A model generated the notes under the pieces. The model worked only from the letters and a program-made list of their open reading frames with translations. It had not been told where the DNA came from and did not search any database. Both the position numbers and the translations under genes were made by a program. A stretch of DNA of 28,980 nucleotides from a virus (Duplodnaviria > Heunggongvirae > Uroviricota > Caudoviricetes): IMG/VR virus record IMGVR_UViG_3300042006_000037, one strand, 5' to 3'. Of the stretch, positions 13,170-22,213 are shown piece by piece. Numbering within the stretch: position 1 is the stretch's first letter; each line of letters opens with the position of its first letter.

Positions 13170-13648
13170 GCAGGCATACCCTCATAAATTGAATTGAAGT
13201 GACCACGGATAACCATACGACGCAGTGCACTGTACATATAATCGCATTCAGCCTGCTTATTGGCATGAAATGGTTTGTCATACCATCCGGTGTTAGGTGG
13301 AAAACCATGTACTTTATACACTCTTTTACCGTCTGTTTCAAGCAATCCCCAACCTGTTGGAAGTTCATCAACTTTGATTAAACCTCGTGGTGTCAGCATA
13401 AAACGCCAATCACCCATACCAATCGAAGGATTTATCCTGAATTTCTTCTTCCTATCGACTAGGAAGTCTGAGCGGCTTGTCTTGCATTCAATTAGACAGC
13501 TTACACCATTACGAAAGCCAAGGCAATCGGGCATTTCACCGCTATTGGTCTGTGCACGAAACTTATCGTGGAATATAACACCGAATGCATTTGCACGCAA
13601 GAATGTTTCAGCCTTTAGGCAAAGTGAATCATGAGTTATAACACTCAT
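13166..13648 (-). CDS. PD-(D/E)XK-fold protein, MmcB-like
   Basis: E.PD...F......IECKTSRSDF..D..K...G..R....P..L....ELP..WGL. Confidence 0.65.
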   Translation of the reverse strand: MSVITHDSLCLKAETFLRANAFGVIFHDKFRAQTNSGEMPDCLGFRNGVSCLIECKTSRSDFLVDRKKKFRINPSIGMGDWRFMLTPRGLIKVDELPTGWGLLETDGKRVYKVHGFPPNTGWYDKPFHANKQAECDYMYSALRRMVIRGHFNSIYEGMPA

Positions 13649-13932
13649 TTATTCAAACCCGGTCGAAATCGTGTCATGATCCACCGTTTGCAATACGGAT
13701 TGACAACTTCTGAGAAGATTGCATCGAAATTAATACCTGCAATTTTCATGACATCTTTATCTTCACGGAATGTATAATACATCCAGCGAACATTATCAAT
13801 CGTGATCGTTGCACTTCTTGGACATACTTTCACATAGCAGTCATAATGAATAGGGTCTGCTCTGTCAGCATGTGCTTTAAATGCTTCATGCATTTCACCT
13901 ACGGTGTTGTAAAACATACCAATGTTTTTCAT
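13645..13932 (-). CDS. hypothetical protein (95 aa)
   Basis: ATGA overlaps at both ends. Confidence 0.7.
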   Translation of the reverse strand: MKNIGMFYNTVGEMHEAFKAHADRADPIHYDCYVKVCPRSATITIDNVRWMYYTFREDKDVMKIAGINFDAIFSEVVNPYCKRWIMTRFRPGLNK

Positions 13933-14204
13933 GGTGTGCACCACTGATTACCACCACAAAAATTCTCACCCTCAAACATCTCGCTGAGTTCACAGTCTGG
14001 TTGATAACTCTTACCACATGATCGACAAGTCATAGACCACCCACATTCACGAGCAACGTCGTTCATGAATTCAATCTTTTCAGCGAATCGGTATTTTGCA
14101 TTTCTCTCATCGTATAACTTACCAACAAGATCAAACACAAGTTCATTTCTTGGTGCAAGTTCTGCACCCTCAAGGAACGTTTGTATGTACTCTTCTCTTT
14201 TCAT
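13929..14204 (-). CDS. hypothetical protein with C-terminal Cys cluster (91 aa)
   Basis: TAATG overlap; CRSC...FCGGNQWCTP. Confidence 0.7.
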   Translation of the reverse strand: MKREEYIQTFLEGAELAPRNELVFDLVGKLYDERNAKYRFAEKIEFMNDVARECGWSMTCRSCGKSYQPDCELSEMFEGENFCGGNQWCTP

Positions 14205-14668
14205 TATGCACCTATTAATAATTTGCTGTTTGGAAGTTGCTCGATATCTTTTCTCTGTGGACCACAGATGTGTTCGGACCACCAAGAATAATTAGTGTGA
14301 CTGTTGGAATTACACAAAGGTCGAAGTTCACGAAACTGATTACCCCATGGACCTGTAATCAACAATGTACGACACCCTTCACTCTTGGTAATACGATGGT
14401 ACTCATTCGCTGGAATGTACAAGAGACGTTGACGACTGCGTTTCAACTGACATACAGAAGTACCATACTTGATTACTTCTTCAATGTAGTCACCAGATAG
14501 CAGAATACTCACGGCATTGAAGGCATGAGTATGGAATCGATCTTGTTTACCATCAGTAGGATGGAAATTGAACAGCTTGATGCTGAAGAATCGCTTCCAT
14601 TCTAGGATAGTAAGTTCGGTAACAGACTGATCACCAAGATCAATCTTCTTTCGTTTCCAGAACACCAT
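14204..14668 (-). CDS. cupin-fold protein (154 aa)
   Basis: RFHTHAF...LSG.Y.E...YHRI...TL.ITGPW metal-binding cupin pattern; GAGGA RBS. Confidence 0.7.
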   Translation of the reverse strand: MVFWKRKKIDLGDQSVTELTILEWKRFFSIKLFNFHPTDGKQDRFHTHAFNAVSILLSGDYIEEVIKYGTSVCQLKRSRQRLLYIPANEYHRITKSEGCRTLLITGPWGNQFRELRPLCNSNSHTNYSWWSEHICGPQRKDIEQLPNSKLLIGA

Positions 14669-14837
14669 TTGAATCATCCTCAATTTGTGTTCCCCAGATT
14701 GCCATTGCATCATCCAGAGTGTAATAGTAGACACTGGCGTGTCGTTGGAATGTGAGTATCTTTCGAATCTCTTCATTCATGGGTTGATCACGCCAGAACT
14801 TGATTCCATTATTGTAGCATTCTGGACACCCGGTCAT
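14640..14837 (-). CDS. hypothetical protein (65 aa)
   Basis: TAATG overlap start (MTGCPECY...). Confidence 0.55.
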   Translation of the reverse strand: MTGCPECYNNGIKFWRDQPMNEEIRKILTFQRHASVYYYTLDDAMAIWGTQIEDDSNGVLETKED

Positions 14838-15067
14838 TACTTTCGACTTTCCTTGTATTCTTCTACAAAGCCAAGAATTACCCGGTACAGTTGGAAGGTG
14901 AAATAACCAAGAACAGTCAATGCAACGAGTACAATACAAATTGCGATGAACCCAACAGGGTAACTGATCAACAAATACAACAGAAGCCAGATTACAGCGA
15001 TCACAAGCAGAACACTGATACTGGTTATGACATGTGTGTTTGTAAAGAAGTTCTTCAGCTTTTCCAT
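14837..15067 (-). CDS. two-TM membrane protein (76 aa)
   Basis: Two long hydrophobic segments; GGAG RBS. Confidence 0.75.
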   Translation of the reverse strand: MEKLKNFFTNTHVITSISVLLVIAVIWLLLYLLISYPVGFIAICIVLVALTVLGYFTFQLYRVILGFVEEYKESRK

Positions 15068-15579
15068 GGTTTACTCTCCAGTAAGTATTGTAGTTCTTCA
15101 AGTGTGTATTCATCCAAGTCTACATGGGACTGGAACCCTTGTCTAGCTATTTTTGGCATCCATTGTCCAGCTTGATCACCGTCACCGATCCCAATCAGAT
15201 TGTATGGTAGTGTGTGCAACCAACTTTCCATTGGTTTTGGGTTTGATGTTAGCAGAGCTAGAGCATTATGTCCAAGCATATGTAAAGCAGATGCTTTAAA
15301 GATTCCTTCAACAAGATACAGATCCTTTTTGCTGGTGTCAAGTGTTTCTAATCCCCAGCAGGCGTTTACACCGCGTTGACTGTATGTGAAATAACGTGCA
15401 TCTGACGATAAATTCAGTCGTTTGAACTCAACATCTGGTCTGTATTGCTGAAAGCCAACAAATTGACCACTCAAGTTAGTTAGAAACACGGTGAGAACGT
15501 TGTTGTCAACGTCCAGTACATGATTGATATACCGACTTGGATCGTAATGACGTGTCAGCAGGTGTCGAATTAGATTCAA
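15055..15579 (-). CDS. stand-alone TOPRIM (primase-like) protein
   Basis: G..VG.Q.Y...YF......WGLE.......LVEGIFKA...GDGD.AG. Confidence 0.7.
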   Translation of the reverse strand: MNLIRHLLTRHYDPSRYINHVLDVDNNVLTVFLTNLSGQFVGFQQYRPDVEFKRLNLSSDARYFTYSQRGVNACWGLETLDTSKKDLYLVEGIFKASALHMLGHNALALLTSNPKPMESWLHTLPYNLIGIGDGDQAGQWMPKIARQGFQSHVDLDEYTLEELQYLLESKPWKS

Positions 15580-15785
15580 TCGTCTAACTCCCGTTCTGTT
15601 ATGTACATGTAAAGCTCATCGTAACTGCCGGATGCAATGTAACGACACAATTCCCATTGTCGGTAGTTGCTATTGATGATATATCGCAGTGCACCCTTTC
15701 TGGTCTTGTGATATGACACATCCCATGAGTCGTAACCACCATGATCAACTGATGTTACCACGTACATTTTATCAACCATGTCCAT
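15576..15785 (-). CDS. hypothetical protein (69 aa)
   Basis: ATGA overlap. Confidence 0.7.
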   Translation of the reverse strand: MDMVDKMYVVTSVDHGGYDSWDVSYHKTRKGALRYIINSNYRQWELCRYIASGSYDELYMYITERELDD

Positions 15786-16158
15786 TCCTCACTCCAAAAT
15801 GTTTCAACAGAATGTCGTTCATCTCAGCAAACAACTTGGGACTCGTTTCACGCATCTTAGCCATACCTACTCCTATCCCTTTAGATGGGAAAACAATAGT
15901 CCGTCGCTTAGCTAATGAATACAGTTCACGGAGTGCCTTCAAAACATGCTCACGTTCGCAATCTCTGTCGGTAAAGAATGATCCAGCTTCCATCGACGGG
16001 TATCTTTTGGTTGGAATACCGAATGCATTAGGTTCTTTTCGGATACACGCTTGCCCAGCTGTACCGTATCCAGCGAGGTTACAACCAAAGACAAATATCT
16101 TCTCAGGGTTCTCTTTGCACAATTTTACATTAAGATCATTACAGTATTTAATTTTCAC
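15772..16158 (-). CDS. conserved phage protein, FVFGxN...G.AGQA...PNA.GIPTK family
   Basis: Motif recognition; function uncertain. Confidence 0.7.
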   Translation of the reverse strand: MKIKYCNDLNVKLCKENPEKIFVFGCNLAGYGTAGQACIRKEPNAFGIPTKRYPSMEAGSFFTDRDCEREHVLKALRELYSLAKRRTIVFPSKGIGVGMAKMRETSPKLFAEMNDILLKHFGVRNGHG

Positions 16159-16711
16159 TGAACCTCCTTACGATTGCGTCCAATACCCAAGTTGGTCTGT
16201 CACTGAATAATTCAATCGCTGAATTTCGTTTCGCATTGTTATGTGCACGAACAGCATCCTCGATAGTTTCAAATCTACCAAGGTAATTATTAACACCGTT
16301 ACTGCCAAAGTGTGCGTGAATACCACCACTACTATTTAGTGCTACCCCTTGTGGTAAACCCCACTTGTTCTTACTTGATTTAATGAACGAATTAACATCT
16401 GAATCGATGAACACACAAACATTCGGTGAATAAATTGTACCGTCACCAAGAAGGTCTTTGTCTAAACATTTACCCTCATGATCCTGACAACTCATCCAGT
16501 CCTTAAACGTAGAAAATGATTTCCATTCCTCACAGACAGTTGACTTACCGTAGTTAGGTCGTTCTGAAAGAGATGCTTTTGAATAACACCTCTTCAGCAT
16601 ATTTGCCCACTTCGTGTAAAAAGGGCAACGCCATTTAACGTTGCCCTCTGAGTCTTTCAACTGTACTGGTGTTTCTGAATCATTTATTCCAACACCATAT
16701 ACCTTTTTCAT
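16148..16711 (-). CDS. HNH-like homing endonuclease with AP2-like domain (paralog of 9735-10436)
   Basis: GVGIND...CP.Y.KW..M..RCY...EEW..F..F..WM...LDKDLL....YSP..C.F. Confidence 0.7.
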   Translation of the reverse strand: MKKVYGVGINDSETPVQLKDSEGNVKWRCPFYTKWANMLKRCYSKASLSERPNYGKSTVCEEWKSFSTFKDWMSCQDHEGKCLDKDLLGDGTIYSPNVCVFIDSDVNSFIKSSKNKWGLPQGVALNSSGGIHAHFGSNGVNNYLGRFETIEDAVRAHNNAKRNSAIELFSDRPTWVLDAIVRRFSEN

Positions 16712-16872
16712 TCTGGTTCAACTGCTCCACGCTTACGTGCTTCGTGGAATACTTCGAAGTTCATAAGAGCCAGTTGCTCATTTGTCAGCTTTTCAACATC
16801 ACGAAGAGTTCGTTTAAAGTTGTTGAACACATTACGATCTTGACCATCAGGTTTATGTTGTACAAATTTCAT
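16708..16872 (-). CDS. 54-aa hypothetical protein, missed by ORF track
   Basis: MKFVQHKPDGQDRNVF...; ATGA overlaps at both ends. Confidence 0.7.
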   Translation of the reverse strand: MKFVQHKPDGQDRNVFNNFKRTLRDVEKLTNEQLALMNFEVFHEARKRGAVEPE

Positions 16873-17051
16873 CGCATACCCTCACTACCTGTAAAATGTA
16901 ATTGCCAACCAGTGACTTCAACACCGTTGAATACTCGCTTGATCGCAAGTTCATCTGGTTTGACGAATAGGCAATAATCCAATGCAGCCTCAAGACTCTT
17001 AAACATTTGACTTTTCACCGTTGGACTTTGAACTTCACCAGTCAAAGACAT
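16869..17051 (-). CDS. hypothetical protein (60 aa)
   Basis: GGAG RBS before ATG 17051. Confidence 0.65.
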   Translation of the reverse strand: MSLTGEVQSPTVKSQMFKSLEAALDYCLFVKPDELAIKRVFNGVEVTGWQLHFTGSEGMR

Positions 17052-17785
17052 AATATACTCCTTACCCAATCTTCGTTAATTTCAACCAAATTGATCTTGT
17101 CGTTAAAGAAACTACCGCCGTCAATAAACACCATGTTTCCATACTGTTCAACTCCACCACTGTCAGTGGGAGTATGACCAACCAGAACAACGTCAACACC
17201 TTTCACGTCACCTTGATACTTCGTAGAGTACCACGTGCGAGCCCATTGTGCGGTAGCCTGCCCATCCCACTCAAGTTCGGCCTTACTAATGTTCAACCAC
17301 TTGTTCCAGTCGTTGTATGGGACTTCGGCGTGAATCATACCTAGTTTGTGACCAGAAGGCAACAACAATTCCATACCTAGTGGCATGTTAGTGAACGCTT
17401 CATGGATCAAGATCTTGTCAAGATCAGTTAACCCACTGTTCCAAATCCACTGTCCACCATGAGCTTTCAGCGTCAGTACACTTCGATTGTTTGGATGCCA
17501 GTGTGACTCAAACCCATCCATGTACATCTTTTCATGATTACCTTGTAGGCTTTCCACCCAAGGTTCATTAACGTAATCCAGAACATAACGACTGTCCGGT
17601 CCTCTGTCTGTCCAATCACCAATGACGAATAGTTTATCTTGGGTTGAATTGAAACCTACATCTTTCAGAGCTTCATGCAACAGATCATAGTGACCGTGCA
17701 AGTCGCTGACTGCGAATATACGACCTTTGAAGTTTCGTAGATCGTATTGAGCTACGTGATTGCACGATCCTATAAGTTTACGCAT
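17042..17785 (-). CDS. metallophosphoesterase / Ser-Thr protein phosphatase (lambda NinI/PphA-like)
   Basis: DLHG, GDWTDRGPDS, GNHE, GHTP, IDGG motifs. Confidence 0.9.
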   Translation of the reverse strand: MRKLIGSCNHVAQYDLRNFKGRIFAVSDLHGHYDLLHEALKDVGFNSTQDKLFVIGDWTDRGPDSRYVLDYVNEPWVESLQGNHEKMYMDGFESHWHPNNRSVLTLKAHGGQWIWNSGLTDLDKILIHEAFTNMPLGMELLLPSGHKLGMIHAEVPYNDWNKWLNISKAELEWDGQATAQWARTWYSTKYQGDVKGVDVVLVGHTPTDSGGVEQYGNMVFIDGGSFFNDKINLVEINEDWVRSILCL

Positions 17786-17793
17786 GTTATCTC

Positions 17794-18414
17794 CTATCCG
17801 TTAAAGACATCGAACTGTTCATATATAACCCAACCACCTTCAGTTTCCGGTCCATCGTTGTCGATCACGTAAGCACCAGCTTTAAAGTAGAATGGATATT
17901 CACTCCATGCTTCGTTAATCTTCAGGCTATAACCAAAACCATTTAGTTCGATGTGAAGTTCACCCAAAGAATCTACTTCTAAACTGTACTCGAACACCTG
18001 TCCTAGAGTGCAGGGTATTGATAGAACTTTAGTAGATGGTCCTGTTGGGTAATATCGTATATCAACACGGGCAACACCGTTCCACCATGTAACCATCAAG
18101 AACGGGTTGGGTGCTTTGTGTGCGTGGATTTGACCAACAATAACTTTACCACTACTCGGTGCTAATTCAACTCTAACCTTGCCTGTCATTGAATGTGGAA
18201 CACCGTTTACTACCCAATTGTATGGTTCACCCGAATCAGGAAGTGTCTGACGACTCTCTGTACGTGGACTGCTACTTGAGCCAGATGTACCACCAAGAAC
18301 AGAACACCAGTAGTTGGTATTCCCTTTTGGGTCTGTCCACACAAGGTTACATGGTGGCTTCTCTGGATACAAGTAAACTACACCATGTGCTGTTATGTTA
18401 CCGAAAATGAACAT
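17794..18414 (-). CDS. polysaccharide lyase family 7 (alginate lyase-like)
   Basis: PL7 motifs RTESR, QIH and YFKAGxY; GAGG RBS. Confidence 0.85.
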   Translation of the reverse strand: MFIFGNITAHGVVYLYPEKPPCNLVWTDPKGNTNYWCSVLGGTSGSSSSPRTESRQTLPDSGEPYNWVVNGVPHSMTGKVRVELAPSSGKVIVGQIHAHKAPNPFLMVTWWNGVARVDIRYYPTGPSTKVLSIPCTLGQVFEYSLEVDSLGELHIELNGFGYSLKINEAWSEYPFYFKAGAYVIDNDGPETEGGWVIYEQFDVFNG

Positions 18415-18422
18415 TGTTTACC

Positions 18423-18953
18423 TCACGCGTATTGATTGATTATATCCATTATCTGACTCGGGGTATGGTTTCGATCAACTCCATCTTCGAACCTCATTTT
18501 ATAGCCGTTTGGCCACATTCCAGTACAGTCAATGTCGAGCTTGGCAGCCGCAATCAACCCTGCAATGTCAGCACCTGTCTGGCCACCACTTACAACATGG
18601 TCAAGCTTCCAGTGTTGATGTACTTGGTTTAGGATTCCATACACCATATGATTTACACCATGCTGGGTGAACCCATGTTTTGCATACGTGTAGATACCAT
18701 TACCTGCGACATTCACAACCCTGCAATCTGACTCTTTCAGCTTCTTGTATAACTCACGAGCTGATCGAATCCAGTCGGTTGCAAAGTTCTTGGCATCACA
18801 ATGAATTATACCATTCTTTTCTGCTGCTTTGGTAGTTAATTTTTCACCAGAGGTTGTAAAGTCTACAGCAATTGCCAAGGTTACACCTTGAGCAGCATTG
18901 TGATACGTCCGTGCGGCATAACTTGAGCTTTTATGCTCTCTGATATTAATCAT
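18423..18953 (-). CDS. SLOG-superfamily (cpYpsA/MoCo-carrier-like) protein with permuted motif order
   Basis: RT..N...TL, NVAGN and SGGQTGAD.A.L.AA motifs. Confidence 0.75.
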   Translation of the reverse strand: MINIREHKSSSYAARTYHNAAQGVTLAIAVDFTTSGEKLTTKAAEKNGIIHCDAKNFATDWIRSARELYKKLKESDCRVVNVAGNGIYTYAKHGFTQHGVNHMVYGILNQVHQHWKLDHVVSGGQTGADIAGLIAAAKLDIDCTGMWPNGYKMRFEDGVDRNHTPSQIMDIINQYA

Positions 18954-19510
18954 GTTCCGTGCCTCTCTGTGAATTCTTTATTCAATTCCCAAGACCTTCT
19001 CGCACATATTGCGTCTAATAAATTTTCATGGTATCCAAGGTGAAATACTTTATAATTATAAGTTCCAGTTGCGTGCCAAGCGTTATATCTATTATACCAC
19101 CGCACACCATGTAGTCCAGACTTATTTGTATTCCTAAGTCTTTGGTTCTTTGTGTTAACTGACTGAGATGCTGGTCTTAGATTGGAAATCGAGTTGTTCT
19201 TCGTATTCCCATCGAAATGATCAATTGTTTCATCAGGCCAAACGCCATGAAACATCGCGTAAAGGATACGGTGCTGATACATAACTTTCTTACTTTCACC
19301 AATTCCACGCAATCCAACAGTCCAGTAATCATTCTTTGAAATCGAACCCGCAACCTTTCCAAACTGCCTCGGATTTATTGTATTGTAAGCAAAATCTGTC
19401 TCGAAATGATATCGAGGTCTTTGTTTCCACGTCAATTTCCCGGTCTGAAAGTTAACATCGAAACACTCCCACAAATAATCAACCTGGAAATCTTCGTAGT
19501 TCATTGTCAC
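18950..19510 (-). CDS. HNH homing endonuclease with AP2-like domain
   Basis: HRILY....G.WP...IDHFDGN..NN.I.NLR...N..N; SG..GV.W. Confidence 0.85.
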   Translation of the reverse strand: MTMNYEDFQVDYLWECFDVNFQTGKLTWKQRPRYHFETDFAYNTINPRQFGKVAGSISKNDYWTVGLRGIGESKKVMYQHRILYAMFHGVWPDETIDHFDGNTKNNSISNLRPASQSVNTKNQRLRNTNKSGLHGVRWYNRYNAWHATGTYNYKVFHLGYHENLLDAICARRSWELNKEFTERHGT

Positions 19511-19513
19511 TCC

Positions 19514-20725
19514 TTAATCATATGGTACAAACTCACCATTTACAGCATAACCGTCACGAACCATAAGTCCGACAGGAAACTGAGGGAGTAGAGTTCCTTT
19601 ATATCTGGTTTGGAATTTTACTTTCAACCATTTGTCAATCAGTGATTTACGGTACACATTAAGGTACAGGTTTCGCTCCTCAAGTGATCCCATTACACAT
19701 TGGAACGTCTCATTGTTCACGTTGTTCTTTAGTACAAACACGCCGTTACCTTGCTTGTCAGCTACAACATCAAGGATCAAGAACTCATCGTCCATGAATG
19801 TTTTCATCTTTTGCAAATCACCGCTTCGCTTTCCACTTTCGTAAACACCTTTCTTATTCCGTAACATTACACCTTCAAATCCGTCTTTAACTGCACGAGG
19901 GTGAAGGATTTGTCGAAGTTGTTCATCACTATTGCAAACGTCATATTGCGTCATTTCGATTGTATGGCCGAAGTTCTCTTTTTCGTTAAGGAATAACTCA
20001 TTCATTGCTGACAGGCGTGCTTCAAAATCACCATCCATTGGAATGTCAAAAATGTGGAACTCTAGATTGTCTCGAAGGTATGCAATTTTAACGGCTGAGT
20101 CATAAGCATCGGCATTTTCAACACTGTTGTTCTTTGACATCTTCTTGAATGCCTTGTCAATTTCCTTTTGCGTATCGGTACGCTTAACAGCAGACAAGAT
20201 ATCCTGAAGCTCATAGTTATGTTTGTAAAGTTCCCCATCCAACACATCACCGTCATGCATGATCTTATTCAGAGCTTCCTCGACACAAGGTACGCTAAAC
20301 GATTGTCCGGTTCTGGACTCCAAGCGAACTTCACCACAGTGTTTAATCGCTAATGCTCGGCAACCATCATATTTCACCGATGTATAGCAGGGAAATTGGA
20401 TTCGGTGACCAACCTTGTTGTAATCAGATGCTAACATCGCAAGTAGTGGCGTTGAATCCAGTTCCTCCTTAGTTTCACGGTACGCTTTATCAAGTTGTTT
20501 CTTGATGCGACCTTCGGCCTGAGATACAGCTTGTTCGTAAACAGTACGACCTTGTTTCCCCTGAGTCACGCTCTCATTCTTAACTGTGAGTTTACCACCT
20601 TCTTTACCATGTGTGATGACCAACATAGCTTCAGGGTGATCGCAGAACACGTCCTCAATTCTGATAGACCAAACCTTTACATCACCATTCTTTTCCAATC
20701 CAAACAAATGTTTCTCAAACATCAA
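19514..20725 (-). CDS. ATP-dependent DNA ligase
   Basis: KYDG adenylation motif, LDGELY, FDI, EGVMLR, YESGKRS...KMK, OB domain. Confidence 0.92.
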   Translation of the reverse strand: MMFEKHLFGLEKNGDVKVWSIRIEDVFCDHPEAMLVITHGKEGGKLTVKNESVTQGKQGRTVYEQAVSQAEGRIKKQLDKAYRETKEELDSTPLLAMLASDYNKVGHRIQFPCYTSVKYDGCRALAIKHCGEVRLESRTGQSFSVPCVEEALNKIMHDGDVLDGELYKHNYELQDILSAVKRTDTQKEIDKAFKKMSKNNSVENADAYDSAVKIAYLRDNLEFHIFDIPMDGDFEARLSAMNELFLNEKENFGHTIEMTQYDVCNSDEQLRQILHPRAVKDGFEGVMLRNKKGVYESGKRSGDLQKMKTFMDDEFLILDVVADKQGNGVFVLKNNVNNETFQCVMGSLEERNLYLNVYRKSLIDKWLKVKFQTRYKGTLLPQFPVGLMVRDGYAVNGEFVPYD

Positions 20726-20972
20726 TTTTCTCCATGGTTACCGAGTAACCCAAAAGGGATGAATCGTTGTAAACAAACTTCAGTGCATACTGACCAATGT
20801 TCGCATAAGGATTCTGTAGAATCCATTGGGCAACGAAACACTCTTGGTTGTCGTACAGAAACTTCATTGCCTGATTGCGAAGTTGTTCACGCTTGTCAAC
20901 ATCATTCGATTGATCACCTACAGCGGCAACAGCGTTGAACATCTCTTTACCAGACTCAGTGTCAATAATCAT
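20715..20972 (-). CDS. hypothetical protein (85 aa)
   Basis: GAGG RBS; overlap. Confidence 0.7.
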   Translation of the reverse strand: MIIDTESGKEMFNAVAAVGDQSNDVDKREQLRNQAMKFLYDNQECFVAQWILQNPYANIGQYALKFVYNDSSLLGYSVTMEKIDV

Positions 20973-21157
20973 TCTACAACCTCACTACTAACTAACTCAT
21001 CACCAATTAATTTCTCAATAACCGCTCGTGCCAATATTACCGTGTCACGGTTGGTGATATGAACCCAACGCTCAACATGCTCAACCTTCTTTTCAATCTT
21101 GAAATTCACATTCCCATTACGATATTCCTCTCTAAGAATGCGATAGATGGCACTCAT
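20969..21157 (-). CDS. hypothetical protein (62 aa)
   Basis: ATGA overlaps. Confidence 0.65.
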   Translation of the reverse strand: MSAIYRILREEYRNGNVNFKIEKKVEHVERWVHITNRDTVILARAVIEKLIGDELVSSEVVE

Positions 21158-21351
21158 GCTACCACCTTGTATTCGAAGACACCAGAACTCAAACATGTAC
21201 TGTGACCATACTCAACTTCAACAACAGGAACGTGACGGATATAGCTACTAAAGCTACTTGCGTAAAATGGTTCAGTGTGAATCAAATCACCTTGTTTGTT
21301 GTAGATCAAAACAGTTGCATCTCCTGACATGCGGTCAACTAAAATCCTCAT
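21154..21351 (-). CDS. hypothetical protein (65 aa)
   Basis: GGAG RBS; ATGA overlap. Confidence 0.7.
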   Translation of the reverse strand: MRILVDRMSGDATVLIYNKQGDLIHTEPFYASSFSSYIRHVPVVEVEYGHSTCLSSGVFEYKVVA

Positions 21352-21764
21352 ACGCTCTCCTCGTACTTCAATACATGAATTTGTTTTCGTTTTAGGAATT
21401 CGATACCGTCAGTCAGCCGATATTCCTCGTCGTATGTAACCATTCTAACACCCGCCTGATAGAGTTGCAACGCACACGGTAGACAAGGACTAAGTGTTAC
21501 ATAAATGTCAGCGTCTTTAAGTGATATACCCTCTCGTGCTGCCTTCGCTACAATGTTTGATTCAGCATGTAGCACTTCAGGATGTGTCAATTCTGGATTA
21601 ACTTCACAGCAATTACTGTCACCTGATGGTCTACCGTTCCAAGAGTAAATCACAACGTCTTGTGGAGTTACAGCAATCGCCCCAACCTTCCGTCTTTCGG
21701 CGTGCGATAACTTAGCGAAAGCTCGTGCAGTTTCCATGTACGGACGTATCATTTTCGCTTTCAT
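21348..21764 (-). CDS. dCMP deaminase
   Basis: HAE and SPCxxC zinc motifs, KVGA, NG.PSG. Confidence 0.9.
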   Translation of the reverse strand: MKAKMIRPYMETARAFAKLSHAERRKVGAIAVTPQDVVIYSWNGRPSGDSNCCEVNPELTHPEVLHAESNIVAKAAREGISLKDADIYVTLSPCLPCALQLYQAGVRMVTYDEEYRLTDGIEFLKRKQIHVLKYEESV

Positions 21765-21767
21765 TGT

Positions 21768-22199
21768 TTAGAAACCGTAACGACGTTGGTCACGTTTAGT
21801 CATGAACTTGACATTGTGATTGTGAACAACAAAACCTTTCTTCTTTGAGTAAGTTGCACTGATGAAATTAACAATCTTACAGGTTCCAGCAAACAACGAT
21901 GTGATCTTATCGATATTGTCGTAGTCAGCAACGAAGTCACGGAACTCCTGATTCGGAGTAAACGAAATAAGTTCTGCAAAAGACTCTTCGGCATACTCAT
22001 TGTGTAGTTTGATCGCAGTGTTAACACTCAAACGAGCCCGACCGATACGAAAGAACTTTGGTTGGAAGAAACCAACCAGCATGTCGGTACATTGTTGGGT
22101 CAGTTTGTAAACAGGTTCATAACCAATTGCAGCCATGAAGTTTACAAGGGATGCTTCTTGAATTTCAGAAGTGTCGCTAAGACCAGTGTTGTTCATCAT
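21768..22199 (-). CDS. hypothetical protein (143 aa)
   Basis: AGGAG RBS before ATG 22199. Confidence 0.7.
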   Translation of the reverse strand: MMNNTGLSDTSEIQEASLVNFMAAIGYEPVYKLTQQCTDMLVGFFQPKFFRIGRARLSVNTAIKLHNEYAEESFAELISFTPNQEFRDFVADYDNIDKITSLFAGTCKIVNFISATYSKKKGFVVHNHNVKFMTKRDQRRYGF

Positions 22200-22213
22200 T
22201 TCTCTCCTATCAA

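Noticed and set aside
14640-15113. 157-aa minus-strand ORF as called by the track
   Set aside because: The 5' part overlaps the membrane-protein gene in another frame; only 14640-14837 is retained.
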